A DNA stretch of 58,985 bases, filler included, from Sphacelaria rigidula (taxonomy: Eukaryota): NCBI GenBank assembly GCA_964200075.2. It is 5 parts of 5 records of this genome, joined end to end, with 100 filler letters (N's around TTAATTAATTAA, not from the genome) between each part and the next. Parts side by side here need not be neighbours in the genome. Positions count along the whole stretch, not along the records: positions 35,454 to 47,169 come from CAXNAA020004598.1; positions 47,270 to 58,985 come from CAXNAA020004599.1; 3 more parts are not named here. The stretch is one strand, 5' to 3'. The notes below the pieces were generated by a model. That model searched no databases. It was not told the origin of the DNA and was given only the letters and a program-made list of their open reading frames with translations. Positions 35,454 through 48,831 of the stretch are shown in pieces (position 1 is the first letter of the stretch; the number at the start of each line of letters is the position of its first letter). Made by a program: the position numbers and the translations under genes.

Positions 35454-38400
35454 ATGTCCGTCTGGGTACAGAACCGTTTCACAAATCTGTGATGCTGTAC
35501 CGTCTGTGCCATAAAATGGTCCCCCCGATTTTTTTCAAATCAGGGTCCCAAAAAATCGAGATTCGTTTGCCATAAAAGTGGGTCTTGGCATGGAGAACGA
35601 CAGAGGTATGTTGAATTAAAAAATGAAATCGGTCTTCATTTTTTGTGCAGAGGTTCGGGCGTTCTCGTTCAAAAATGGTCGGTACCATACTGGACCGAAA
35701 ACACGCTCAACCAGTGAAGAAGTGAATAAATTTCAATCTGACCCACTTCTTGCGATTCATGATGCCCTAGCTAGTTCTCACCCAAAATTTCAAGACAACA
35801 ACACCGAACGTGGGTCGGTACGTGACCTCCAAATACAAGATACTCGTCCGAATTTCTACCGACCCCGATACTAAACGGCCCATTCGCCGGTCAATACTTA
35901 AAATTTGACCCTGAAAAAATGGTGTGGATAATGAACAGGGTACAATAAACAAATTACGCATGTGCCCATAAATGTTTTCTTGTTTCTGATGAGTGAGGGG
36001 CAACAATCGGTTGTCAGGTATTAGTATAATGCCCATAACTCATTATTTCGTTTTTGGGGTATATGCGGTTTTTTTTTGCCCTATTCATTGTCCATACCAA
36101 ATTTCAGGACCCAACTCTAAATATTGGCCGACGAATGGGCGTGCAAACTACAAAACTGCCTCTAGGCTAGCCCAGCTCGTAGTACATCGCTGTGTTGGTC
36201 GCTTCATGGAGGAGAAAGAACTGTCAGCTGTCGGATGTAATTCAAATAAATGGCTGCAGTACAGACAGTACAGTTTAGTTCACCGTTTCCAGGCAAGCAG
36301 CGCAAGCAGCGCTTTTTGCTTCCACCCGTGCAGCCCCACACTTTTGTTGGCAACTGTTGCTTGTCTCCAGAGATGGTGGCCTTTGTGTCATTGTTACTCG
36401 TCACACAAACCCGACCCAACCCTAATCAAACCCTAGCCCTAACACAATACGGAATGCGGAGCTTCAACATTTTAGCTTCGAGGCTCCACACCAAGGACAC
36501 TGTCCGAAGGAAAGTAAATCCTCTGTCCCGTAAGTCTACTTGGTTATCGGGTGCAGGCTGTATCTCCCGAACGGAGGCGCTTTCGATAGTGTGGTAAGGA
36601 TCCGTGAAAATATGAAATCATGGAGATACTCATGGACCATGAATAAGAAAAACATTAAGTTGTGTTGTGTACGATACACAGTTTTGAATCGGAGTTGACT
36701 CATTATATGGCCACTCCAAATCCGTTTCTTGGCTAATTTGGCAGATTTTTGCCATTTTTGTGCTGCACAGAGATGACAAAACGATCGAAGTGGTTTCGAA
36801 CGAGAGCGTAGCTAGTCCCAGTACAGTACAAGAGGTGAGCTGAAGCGAGTAATTGCCGGCGTGGTTTTGTCATTTTTTTCGCGATTTTCGTTCTGTCTTC
36901 CCTCAAAACAGGGATGAAATCCGTTTACTTCCGGGCCGACTGTTATTTTTTGTCAGCCCGTTGTGCCGCACGGTGGGGATGACAAAAGCGAAGGAATGGA
37001 AGGATTTCAACCCAAGAATGCCAAGGAATTGGAAAGAGGAAAAAATGAAAACTGAGTCGGACACCAGTAGGGGCCCGTATAAACGTTGACGTCACCGAGC
37101 AGACTCATGAGACTGAGGAAGTATCACTTTGGCGCGGCTGCGGGGAACGGGGATCAGGTGCGGTGTGATCGCGGCGCCGATAACAAAATTTCGGGCCCAA
37201 CAAAATCATGGACCCGTAGGAGTGGAATAAATGACTCGGTTTTCTTCAGACCCAAATCCACCATTCTTTCACAGATGAAGCTCTGTCTTCTCACCTACCC
37301 TTATGCATGTTTCTTCGTATCGAGACGCGTCTGTGAAGCGGTTGTTTGACATCAGGCCGGTGAAACTTCGGTTCATGATGGGTTTCATCGTGGACGACTC
37401 GTTGGTAGTGTGTACGTATGCACCGTCGTAGTACACGGGGCTGTGGTCTCATGAAGATACATCTGCTTGGCATCCGAAATGTAGATGATTCGCTGAAGAT
37501 CGTGTTCGCGCGTACGTGGTCGAAGTCTCTGCTGTGCCAAATTGTGGACGTACTAGCAGTGTATCATTCAAGGAGGGGGGAATAACTGCCGTCATTTGAC
37601 CGCGGGTCTGAACCGAAGGCTGGTGTATCGAAAATAGAACGCGGGCGCGCGAGGTGTCCCGAAAGCCGTAAAAGGCCCCTTAGACGCTTCAAACTAGGCG
37701 GTGGTCTCGTGGGTACGACTCGTGGGTACGAGTCAAATTACGTAACGCGTTTACTAATTTCAAGTTATTTGATTCAAATTTGACCAGTCCCTTCACAATT
37801 TATACGCGTTGTATAACGCAAAATCGATTTTAGTATGGAATCCGTCACACTTGTGTTTTGCCGGCGTTCTGCAGCCCTATAACCTCTGCCAAACGATCTG
37901 GACAAGAGGACTTTCAACGAGGGACTCCTCCAGTAGCACTGGCCTCGTGCTCGACAAGTCCTTTATTCTAACTCGCTATTATCACGGAGTGATCCAGAAA
38001 CAGATAACGAGCCAGACAGCAAGGGGCCACACAGATGAGGGCCATCAATCCAGGATCCCCTGTCCCCTGCCACTGCTCCAAGTATGCATGCGATTATACT
38101 GAAACCTTAGTTTGGTATCATTTGGCTACAGCCCGCAGCCGTAGTGCAGTACCGTGCGGCGGAGAGATGGGTGTTCAGGATAAGAACGGCCCAACAAGCG
38201 GCGCCCTGTTTTTATACGGGTTGGCGTACCCAACGTTCGCTATGAGCGTCGTCGTGCCTGCGGTATGGTTGCGGTGGACGGGGTCGGCGTTGCAGTCTCC
38301 AATCGCGCTTAGCTTGCGCCTGCATCCTGCACGTCTTTGAATACGGCGCATGATAGATGACAATGCTATTGTCGTCATTGTGCGTTGTTTCATGCTGCCC

Positions 38401-38925
38401 GGACGGCATAACCCCGAGAAAAGGATCATATCGGCATCAGAGTTGCTGGCTCCCTAGCATTGATCGTATTGTTTTTGTCGTGGATGGCTCGTGTTGATCG
38501 GTGCCGTACGCAGACAATACCCACGCGATGCCCAGCGGCTGCCCAGGGTTGGGGCATCTTGTGGTGAAAATACAGACAGTCGGTACTGCGACAGAAAGTT
38601 GTTGAAAGATGAAATGGCGAAGACGACCCAGCACTCTACACACGAGATATCAGACAGCTACCGTTAACATGTATATCTCTTGCGTGTGCGACCCCGTGTG
38701 CTAGAGCACCGCCGCCTTCAGAAGGTATACATCGTGAGCTTGGTTCATGACTCGGCGATTATGAAAATATAATTAACAACAACACTGTTCTGGGCTGCAG
38801 CAAGCTAATGGAGGGAAATGAGGCCCAGACCGGGCTCAGACAAAAAATATTCAAACAATCTTGTTGACCTCTCTGCGGCACATGGGGCGCATGTTTGTCC
38901 ACGAAGATCCCGAATAAAATCCGTT

Positions 38926-39382
38926 CAGACCGCTCCTTGTAACAGACTAAAGTGAAAATCTGGGAAAGTGCCTTCGTGGAGCTTCTACGTCGTTATACGC
39001 CCTAAAAGAGAGCTCGGCGGAGTTCGACACCTTGGAATTACCTGCTCTACTAGTTGAGACGGTTCCAGGACATACTCCCGTTCTTCGGTGGCCGCAGTCT
39101 TCCTTTTGACCAACCAAGTATTTTTGTCCAAAAACGATAGAAAAAAATAACTTTTTGTCTCTGGACTTGATCGTTCTTAGACAAGAACTCTTGCTTGGTC
39201 AGAATAAAAACTGCGGCCACCTGAAAACGGGAAGATATCCTGGAACCGCCTCAACTAGTAGAGCAAGTCACTCCATAGTGTCAAACCCTGCCTCGCTCTC
39301 TTTCAGGGCGTAGAACGACGCAGAAGGTCCGGAAAGGCACCTTTCCAGATTATAATGGTGTCTGTTATTAGGGCGTGTCTCA
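38926..39382. mobile_element. Palindromic MITE (~450 bp), copy 1
   Basis: Inverted arms (CTCTACTAGTTGAGACGGTTCCAGGA / TCCTGGAACCGCCTCAACTAGTAGAG); second copy at 46354-46835. Confidence 0.85.
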
Positions 39383-40946
39383 ACACCTTTTTTTCGATGG
39401 AAAAAAATGGGGCGGTAGAGTCAATTTGAGCGATTTTTTCTCGTTTTGATGCAGTCGGATCCGGATGTATTTTCAAGCTTCCGATCGAGGAAAGATCGTG
39501 TCATTCGTGAAACGGCACATGGTCCCTCGTGTACGGTACAGACAGCCCGTACTGTCTGCGCTGCTTGCAAAAAGGGTGTCTCGAGTGCGTGTGTGCGTGT
39601 TTGGTGCAGGAGGATGAAAAGGAGAAGCGGGCAACATGCAGTGCAGACAGCCCAGGTCTATGAGTCCTCTCTGCTTACGATGCGACGTGAAAAATGACTT
39701 CGGAACGTGCATCTTTGTACTACCTGCACTGTCCATGAGCGTGCACGCAACTCGGTTGCCCACCGTACCACACGGTTCGGTCACGGATCCCTACCATGAG
39801 AGAAGATGCGCAAGTTTTCGTTAACAAAAAATAAATAAAGCACACCCAACTACTGCAGTATTTCTAACGCTGTGCTTAACTCGTGCTCTATGCTGCAGGG
39901 TTGTTAACGGTGTCTGAGAATGAGGTGGATGGAGTTTGCATGGTCCTGTGAACAGGTGCTATTTGGCGTGGTGGTCCGTAAGATATAAGTCGAGTTGCGC
40001 TTCGTGCCTTTCGATCACATGTTTTCGATCGAAAACGATTGTTTTTCACCTCGAGGAATTATTCTCCGCGCGTCGCTAATTGCGATTTTGAGTTGAAGCC
40101 TTCTAGGAATATAAATGCGGTGGACCTATCAGATCGTCAAAATGAAATTCGATCGCACTTTTTCGATCAACTTTTTTTTTAGCCAAGACGTGCCGTAAGA
40201 AGCGGCCTCAAGAACGGAAAACAACGAGAAAGTAGCTGATTTCACTTGGAATATTATAACAACCCGTACCCATGGACTTGGTGCGCGGTAAAAGGTCCCT
40301 TGGACTCTACAGACTAAGCCTTGCTTCACCCATGACAGGTGCAAGCCGCCAGTACTTGCTGTAAGCCTCAGTCAGCGGGGTTCGCCGCACACAAATGCTG
40401 TATGGCCGTCGTTTTCGTTCGTCTCACTTTTGGTTGACCCTAGTTGGGGTACAGCTACCGAAGTACTGGTGAGAGATACGGATACATGCTATGCATACGG
40501 AATGGGTACGGATGGGTCGCCGGTGAGTTGTAGTGTCTCGTACCTGAGCCATTTACTCTCTCGAGGGTTCTTCCGAGTGCCATTACCGAGGCTGCATACC
40601 TGCCGAGACACGCTAGTAGCGCTGTAGATCGTACGCATTTCATCAACAAGACACGTGTGGCCACCTCTCTGTTGTGTGGCGTCCACAGTGAAGAAGAAAT
40701 CCACAAGTGGTGCAAAACAGATCATGTCACCGTTGATGTTTTTCTACTTGCCTGCTAATCTGCATGATTCCGTCTACAACACATGATTGCTGTCTTCTCG
40801 CTGGAGCGGCGGGACTCTGGCGCTGCCCAAGGTTTACTTTTTTGCCCGACCATTTTGACCTCTAACGTGCTCGCTTCGAGCAGCTTTCCGTTTGTATCTC
40901 ACACGCACTTTTGACGTGTTCGTCTCCCCCGTTGGTGCCGTTGCAG

Positions 40947-42841
40947 AGTATGGACCACAGGGGCACGAAGCAATTTCCAGGATTGGTGGCCACACTAATA
41001 GCTGACGATGACCTCGAGGTGCGTTAACCTTTTGGACTCTCATCGTTCTCCGGCCACACTGCTGTGCAATTCCGTCGTGGGGTAGTCGCGTATTGATTGA
41101 GTCATTGTTGAATTGATTGTCGCAATTTTATCTGACCCCCCAGGGATCCAGCCGCGGTCACATGATGGACGTACCCGAGAAAAAGCAAAACTGATACGTA
41201 CCCGTGTATGTGAGTCTCTCTGTGTTTATGGGTTTGGAGCACGACAAGCCAGGGCATAGCGAAGTTCCTCTGCTTGGCACGCGCATGCGCGTTCGTGCTT
41301 CCACTACGTGTGTGTGCGTGTATGACTGTGTGGCCATGTGAGTCAAAGGTTTGTGTGTTGTGTGCTCATGCAGGCCCTTGGGGAGCGGTCCGCAGATGAA
41401 ACGCCTTCCCGTACGCACGGAGTGGCGTACAGGGTGCCCGACGACAGAGCGGAAGCGGTTCTGGAAGGACTTGACGTCAGGGAGAGGGGCGGCTACATTA
41501 GGGCAGTCGTCGATGTTTACCCGTCAGCGGGTGAGCGAGGTGAAACGTCTAGCTAAGGTGGTGTGACGTCGGGCCTTCGTGTCCTGCTGTCAGGGAATGT
41601 GTTGAAGCTTACATATATGTATATATATATGTGTGTGTAAATATATATATTCCTCTCGTGCCTTCGCAGAGAAATTGTTGATGCGTTTCTCGTGGACGTT
41701 GGTCTAGTCTAGTTGTGCATACCAGGCACTGAATTCGCCAAAAATATGTTTCATGTATTGGGTTCCTACAAGAATGTACTGTACAGCCGCGCCCGTTAAT
41801 CTAGCGGTACAGCTAACGCAATCAGGGCGGTAGAAACGCAGGTTCGATTCTTCGCCAGATACGTCCGGTTTAACGTTTTCTTCATAAGTCTTACTTCTGT
41901 CGTTGAGAATTTGAGGGCGTGAGCAGCAAAAATGAACGGTTTGGCTGAGTTCGTTACGTTGCGACAGCCGGCCGGGGAACGGGAGTGGTGACCCAATCTG
42001 CAATATTAAACTGCAAGGCGTGTATGGGGGGAAAAATGGGTTGATCCCGAGGGAAGGAAAGGATCGGCAGTGACGGAGGGGGGAGGGGGGCGTACTCATT
42101 TGTTGCTTGTCTTGGTCATTTGACCATTGACCACGCATCCCTTTCGAGACGGAGCATGAGCATAGGGGGGAGGGGGGGGGGAAGGAAAAGTGGGCGGCCC
42201 TGTGCACGGCCGGGTAGTGGTGGCCAAAAAACACCTGCACTGCGGCCGCCCGGCACAAGACCGGTTTCATGCCGGTTGAGCGTCCTCTTTTTTGGTAACT
42301 TGGAGGGAACACCCACGAGATGCTCCATGGATGAAACCAAGTTCTAAATGGCGTGGATGAGTGCTCGCTGTCAGGGGTCGGTTCTCGAGAGGGCGATACG
42401 CCACACATGGAGGCACTTGTGGAGTGAAATGGTGTTGCACGCATGTGTGATAATGGTGCTGATCCAATGTCATGCCGGTTCGGCGAAGCCAGAGCAAAAT
42501 CGGCATCAAATTCTTCGAAAATAGTGCGGAGCAAAACACACCACCCCGACTGCCGTGTGATATAAAATCGGGCGGCGCTATATTGTGGCACACATTGTAC
42601 TACGGAATGTCGTGAATTTGTTGCTGTGTCGTACTTGACTGTTTGTGTGAAGGTTTGCACGAAAAGGTTCACGTGCGTCGCGTCGCACGTTATCATCACG
42701 GACAAAGACATGAAAGACAGTAACGTCAGCTGTTCACATGCCCCACCGACGCGTTCTCTTCGGCAGTGTACGAGCTCAAAGGCGGCAGGTCCCGTCCTCC
42801 GGATGTGCCGAAATTCTATGCTACATGAACATACACGCACG

Positions 42842-42889
<48 letters not shown>

Positions 42890-43335
42890 GTCATGGTTGT
42901 CTCTCCAATCAGCACAAGAACACGCTCCTCGCCTTCGGCGTCCAAAGCAGACGGGTGGTGAGTACGGTGCGCCGTACAGTATCCATCCATAGATTCTGCC
43001 CATCCCTACAACGAGGCGTGTTTGTTGTTCCCAATGTTCGTTCGCCTGTTCGTTGCCGTTTGCTTGCTTCTTTGTGTGCGTATGTTGTTTGTTGCTGTTG
43101 ACCGTTGAACGCTCCTGTCTTCGTGCCACCTTCTCCACTTACTCGTTAATCAAACACATTCGGGACAGGAACGGGCCCGCCCACAAAAGCGCTGCTCTAC
43201 ACCGCCACGGTCGACAACCCACTCTTTTTCATGCCCCCAACACTGGAAGACGCGGCGGCCACCATAGCATCGGCGGTCGGCCCGTCGGGACCCAACTACG
43301 AGTATCTCTTCGCCCTCTGGGAGCACCTGCATAAG
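40947..43335 (+). CDS. CHAC: ChaC-like glutathione-specific gamma-glutamylcyclotransferase, internal exons 40947-41018, 41374-41530 and 43169-43335
   Basis: Phase-consistent GT-AG splicing gives SMDHRGTKQFPGLVATL...HGVAYRV...LDVRERGGY...ALLYTATVDNPLF...IASAVGPSGPNYEYLF, the ChaC family motifs. First and last exons were not located. Confidence 0.88.
42833..42889. repeat. (CA)n microsatellite in a ChaC intron
   Basis: Direct reading of the sequence. Confidence 0.95.
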
Positions 43336-44550
43336 GTCAGTTGGAGATGAGAAGAGCCAGGGTGGGTGACTTCGTCGTTGAGTTTTGGGTGGAAGAAACT
43401 GTACCGTTTCGCGTCACCTTCACACTGGGCTTGGGCAATGACGACAGCAAAGATGAAGGGCTATAGAGGTTATTTATCGTACAAGCCGGTTTGTTCCGCT
43501 AGGGACGGCAATCACCCACACCACACATACGAAAAAAAGTAAAGAAAGGTGTCCCTGCTCTTCTTGATGGAAATTTCTAGCATGCCAGTCAAAACCGAAG
43601 GATCCGCCCGGTCGTTTCGAAGAGACACACACTCTGCGCTGGTGCATTGCCCACGTACTGTCTGTACATTATAATTCACTTTCCAAGTTGAAATCATGCC
43701 GATGCAACAGGCACACACCCTGGGAGTGACTGTGTATGTAGACAAACCCGAACTTGAACGCACAGACAGTACAAAGGTAGTTCAACGTCCTACAATGCTG
43801 TGCAGCATAGGACAGTACACTGTTGTCTTTCTTTTCCTTCCGCTACGTTCCTTCCCTTCGTCTAAGGTTATCACCAAGGACTAGATTACACGAAACCTAT
43901 TGAGAGCGTGACTCCTTCCGCCACTTATGACAGTGGAACCCTCCGACGGCGAGGGTGGGTCATCTCGCTCTTGCATTCATTTACAAGTGAAGAGCATGCC
44001 ATTTCAACCAACGGGTTATGAAACATAACAAAGTGTATAATGTCATGGCCCTTTGAATGCAACATACAAGCCACCCTGGCAGTAGCACCTGCTCCCACGT
44101 TTTTCGAGTGGAAGAACTGGACGCTTTGTCGTAGTGTACGGACGCTGTTCAAACGGTACGGCGCACGTGGCGGTACCGATGGACTCAACACAAGTCATTA
44201 AGAAAAGGTCATGATCCAGACACCATGGTGTTGTCTGTTCCATCACGCACCAAGCTCTCCACCGTGGGTTCCTCATGCGGCTGGGCACGCCAGCGGCAGC
44301 ACCTTTCGGATCAGTTTCTTTCTGAGTACATGGAACACGAACACACGCACGCACCGAAACAATTTTTTGCCGAGCTAGACCTTCCCTCGCACATTACCCC
44401 CCAAGCCCCCTCTGTTTGCGGTGTTTGAGGACTCCCTCGAGGGCCCGACTTTGACACCCTTAGTTCTCCTCGGCGACGTGTGTGATTCGAGCACTCTTTA
44501 TTAGGTTGCGTGCTTCGAAACCGATGCGCCGAGCCATAACCTTCGTTTTC

Positions 44551-45360
44551 GGCTCACCTCTCACAGATGGGGTATATCAAAGTGAAAAGAAAGATTTTCG
44601 CGCGAAGCGCGATTATCGCCGAGCGTTTCAAAATCGGCATTTGACAAAAAATGAGAATCTGTCTAAAATCAGTGGAAGAGGCATCACATGGGACATATCC
44701 TGTTTCACTATGCTGCAGCACATACTCAGCGCTCTCTAATGTTCTGTAGCTGTCACTGCGCTGTAGTGTGTTCGGACCTTCACGGAGACGGTTAGGTCTC
44801 CGCTGGGGCTGCCTGAATTGCTTCAGTATTATTGTGTTAGTCTCTCTGTATAATGATGTCAGTCGGCACGCAGTGCTGTCTTTACGCTGTGGGGAACTCC
44901 GTGGTGTGCTGGCTGTTTGGTCTTCCGTCGAACGAACAAGGCGCTTCCCATACCCATCATTTCTATGCTGAAGTGTTGCGGTGCATTTTATAACTTGACG
45001 AACATGGTGTAATGTGCGCCGGAGAGTGCCTGAGCAGCTGTACTGCTGCATGCCGTGTTCAGGTCTGCACAGAGTTGCTGAGGGATCAAAGTGCTGTCTG
45101 CACAAAGTTGAAACAACCACATGATGGCTGTGCAGCTGCCTGTTGCGTCTCCTTTGGTACTTCTGTAGTCAGGTTTTGTGATCAGACAAGACGCGCAAAA
45201 GCGGATGCGTGCAGGTTGGGGCAAAGAAAGTGAGCCAGCATGGAGCTCCTGTACATTTGGCGATTGATGGTCGCAGCTGTATGCTGTCGTAGCGACGCAG
45301 TGTGTGGGCCAACCAAAGCCATTTTACAGCTCATATGCAACTCGTTTCCCCTGTCTGGTC
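44551..45360. repeat. ~800-bp non-coding interspersed repeat, copy 2
   Basis: Colinear with 17841-18700. Confidence 0.85.
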
Positions 45361-45575
45361 GGTGAACGGTCCTAAAATCAAGTGTATCCATGGAAACGAA
45401 GGAAAGTGGTCCGTGGTGGGTAAACCGTCGTTGAACAGCCCGGACTCTTTTCGGGGTGTAACAGCCCTTCCCCCCCCCCCTTCATCCGACCCGCCGAACA
45501 TTTGACCACGCTTCGCGCTTGGTGATATTGCAAGCCTGCCCCTGCGAGACCCCAGTGTGCTGCGTCCCGGCTTTG

Positions 45576-45696
45576 TAGGGATGCGACGTCAATAGTCGCA
45601 TGACTGCGGTATGCAAGATCATGAGTCCCCCCCCCCCCCCCCCCCCCCTCCCCACCCCCACGATTAGCGCTGTTACACTATCAACATCGTTCCCTA
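45576..45696. mobile_element. ~120-bp MITE with a TAGGGATG terminus and internal poly-C (family B)
   Basis: TAGGGATGCGACGTCAATAGT ... ACTATCAACATCGTTCCCTA form imperfect TIRs. Related ends occur at 11456-11519 (-) and 23489-23536 (-). Confidence 0.65.
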
Positions 45697-46353
45697 GGGG
45701 GTGGGGATGAAAGCCCCGGACATTCTTCTGCTCTCGTGTGTATCTCTTTCCTGTCCTGAAACGTGACTCCGTAAATGTGGTTTCATCAATCGTCTCTCTT
45801 CCATGAGACGGTGGTTTACGGTGGCTTGGTTGTGTTCGCAGCTCTCGTGCATTCCTATAGCATGTTCCATCAGGGAGAGTAGGGGGGATATGATCCCCGT
45901 GTGTGATGAAGACCTGTATGGAGCATACCATCCGTGTGGGAACATTATTGTTTTGTTGTCGGTTTGTGCTTTTCGCTCATCAAACTGCGGTTCTTCGCGA
46001 TCAAACATATGCTATCAAGTCGTACCATCTGTCTCACGGTTGTGATTTTTTGCGTGCCCGACGGGACGCCCAACCACGGGACAGGCCTTGGATATTGCTA
46101 CAACATCTTCCACGCCACGTCCTTCCTCCCCTTTTTTTGATACGGATTTGATGTTGGCGAGTCACCCAGAGGTCTGAAATTGTTGACACGGGAGCATACA
46201 GCACCGATTACAACTGCAACTATGCCATGTACGGTATATACCAAGCTGGGTCGAGGGTGTATTACTCCCTAGGCTTCAGGTCTTTGACCCCTCGGGTACC
46301 CCCATGACCGCGTTCTGCTGATTGGGGCGCGCGATGTCTCCTTTGTTTTGAGT

Positions 46354-46835
46354 GAGGCAGCTTCTTGTAACAGACCATACTGAAAGTCTACAAAAGTGCC
46401 TTTTTGAAGCTTTTACGTCGTTTTACGCCCCAAGAGAGAACTAGGCGGAGTTTGACACCTTGAAGTGACTTGCTCTACTAATCGAGGCGCTTCGAGGACA
46501 TATTCTCATTTTTTCGTGGCCGCAGTTTTTTTTTTGGCCAAACATTTTTTTGTGTCCAAGAACGGTGAAGAACAGTCAAGTCCAGAGAAATGTGCCGATC
46601 TCTTCTAGATTTGACTATTTTTTACCGTTCTTGGACAAAAGTTCTCGTTTAACCAAAATAAAAACTGCGGCCACGGGAAAACGGGAAGATGTCCTGGAAC
46701 CGCCTCAACTAGTAGCGCAAGCCGTTTCAAGGTGTCAAACTCCGCCTAGCTCTCTTCTGGGGCGTAAAACGACGTAAAAGCTTCAAAAAGACACTTTTCC
46801 ATTTTTGTATTTTGTCTATTATCAGGAGCGGCCTG
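46354..46835. mobile_element. Palindromic MITE, copy 2 of the 38926-39382 family
   Basis: Inverted arms GAAGCTTTTACGTCGTTTTACGCCCC / GGGGCGTAAAACGACGTAAAAGCTTC. Confidence 0.85.
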
Positions 46836-47169
46836 ACATCTGAAATCGTTTCTCCTTCCCCTTGACACGATATTTCCGTCCGATAACTTTGTTGTTAGGA
46901 GATGCTGCAGTAGTACCACAAACTGCGTTCCCTGAGTTGATTTGTGCTAATGATCACGGCGGAGTGTTTGCTATCTACGTTTTGTATTCCCCCGCCGAAA
47001 CGGAACACAACACGTGTCATGTTTCTACTTGAGTATTTTGATCACACGGGAATCACCTGACGTAGTCTTTCACAATGCCCCCTCCCCCCCCCGAGAGCGC
47101 CAGAATGTTGGAGGTGTCCCTATTAGGAGTAGGAACGGTGCTCAGTCTCGAAAGGGATGCGTGGTCAAT

Positions 47170-47269
47170 NNNNNNNNNNNNNNNNNNNNNNNNNNNNNNN
47201 NNNNNNNNNNNNNTTAATTAATTAANNNNNNNNNNNNNNNNNNNNNNNNNNNNNNNNNNNNNNNNNNNN
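47170..47269. other. Artificial contig spacer
   Basis: Same 100-nt N/TTAATTAATTAA/N structure. Confidence 0.97.
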
Positions 47270-47342
47270 TGATCGGAAGAGTTTGAATGCACAAACGATT
47301 AAAAGCCCATAACGGACTTTACTTATGGGACAGAGGAAGTAT

Positions 47343-47579
47343 TGTGTTCGTTCTCCACCGTCTTTTTGCGGTGCTTGCCTTTATTTTTTATCACGAGAGA
47401 GGTCCAACAGTCCCGTTCCCTCGTCCACCGTTCAGTTGACTTTTGTGTACTCATGACGTGGTCGCTCTCCACTGTTGGGCCTTGTGTGAAAAAAATCCCA
47501 GATCGCTCCGAGATTTGAACCCACGACCCAACCGTCAGAAGGTTCTAAGGATACCAACTGAGCCACGGGGGCGACCGGC
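47343..47579 (-). mobile_element. tRNA-derived SINE, truncated copy
   Basis: Matches about 51355-51578; minus-strand head GCCGGTCGCCCCCGTGGCTCAGTTGG...GGGTTCAAATC. Confidence 0.8.
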
Positions 47580-48342
47580 ATTGATATCTACTGAAGTCAT
47601 TTCGATCGACCCTCTAGCGTGTGTACATTCCCAACACTTTTGAAATGCTATATAATACTTGAACGCTTCCCCCATGTTCTGTTCTAGCTACAAATTCCGA
47701 ACGGCGACGAGTTGGCTGTTGAAGCAAGGTCTCATTCTCGTTGGACCTTTGCTCCGTGGGCCCTTATAGCCCAAAAATCAGTATGTATTTTGAAAAAAGA
47801 GAGCTTGAGGAGCAGAGGCCCAAGTCTCATCATTCTCGCCTTGCTGTCAGCGACGCGCACCGTAAATTTCAGAAAATCGAGCAGTAACGTTGCATGCGGT
47901 TGCTCGTGACACGTGTCTACCCGTGCTTGCCCGACTCGTCACCAGCGCTGTGCATTAATTTGCGGGCCTGCGATTCTTCAGTTGCTAGCTTATGCATGAA
48001 CCGCTGAACGGCTATGTAGGATCTCCGGGCGAAATTAAAAGGTGCCCTCTTGTCGAGCTGACCTCAGTGGTGAACACAAGCTGCTGTCAGAAAAAAAACG
48101 ACGATCAAGCATGAGGGCACCAAATACTTGCATGTCTGTATCGAACGTTCAGCTGTTACGCGAAAAGGGTACAGCACCTTCGACTCTCGTGAAAAAAAAA
48201 AATCATACATCCTGTTATGTTACGCTCCAGCCGATTGTCACCGTCAATGTGGACCGAGTTCACAATCGAATGTGGGTACCCCTACAGCGGGGAACGCCAA
48301 CCCCCTTCTATTGCAACCCTCGTGTGTTTCCTCATGCGTCAG

Positions 48343-48831
48343 ATTCCGTGCGCAGATCCAACCGGCGACCGAACGTCCAGTCTCATCACGCGATACTCCA
48401 TGTATTTGTTGCCTATCCCGATGGCGGCAGCAGCTCTTGACGCGACGAGCTGGATGTTTGCGGTGGAAGGCACAGCCTTCAACGCGTGTTTGCTCTATCA
48501 GGCGTATCGATTTGGTAAGGACAGGACGAATGCTAACGCGCGAGGTGTCTTCAAGGCCTCTCTTTGGCACCTACCTGCCGTGCTGGCACTATTCGTCTTC
48601 CACTCGCAGCAATGGGTTCGAGATGAAGACACTTTACAGAACGGCAGCACAGTGGGGGTACGGGAAATCATCCAAAGGACGAGAACGCGGCTGCGGGAGG
48701 CCTGTGTGCACGAAGTTTTACATACAGACACCACAGCTGCCCTTTGTCCAGCAGTAATTGCTGAGGAGGGTGCGGAGAAAGCCAAGCGCACAGCTGCCGC
48801 CGTTCAGAAAGATGATGCCTCATCTCTCTGA
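48343..48831 (+). CDS. COX10: Protoheme IX farnesyltransferase (heme O synthase), last exon
   Basis: After a CAG acceptor: IPCADPTGDRTSSLITRYSMYL...TSWMFAVEG...NARGVFKASLWHLPAVLALFVFH, the typical C-terminus of eukaryotic COX10 (UbiA family), ending at TGA. Confidence 0.88.
   Translation: MPCADPTGDRTSSLITRYSMYLLPIPMAAAALDATSWMFAVEGTAFNACLLYQAYRFGKDRTNANARGVFKASLWHLPAVLALFVFHSQQWVRDEDTLQNGSTVGVREIIQRTRTRLREACVHEVLHTDTTAALCPAVIAEEGAEKAKRTAAAVQKDDASSL

Noticed and set aside
36408-36443. Telomere or interstitial telomeric array (CCCTAA-like; also ~14215-14240)
   Set aside because: Only two or three degenerate units within repeat-derived sequence.
39776-39799. FGHGSL peptide as the missing ChaC N-terminal motif
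   Set aside because: It is followed within two codons by TGA, with no usable donor site; probably chance.
41704-42990. Longest ORF in the track (428 aa, minus strand)
   Set aside because: It lies antisense inside a ChaC intron and runs through a (CA)n microsatellite (CVCVCV) and a family A repeat, with no protein-like motifs.
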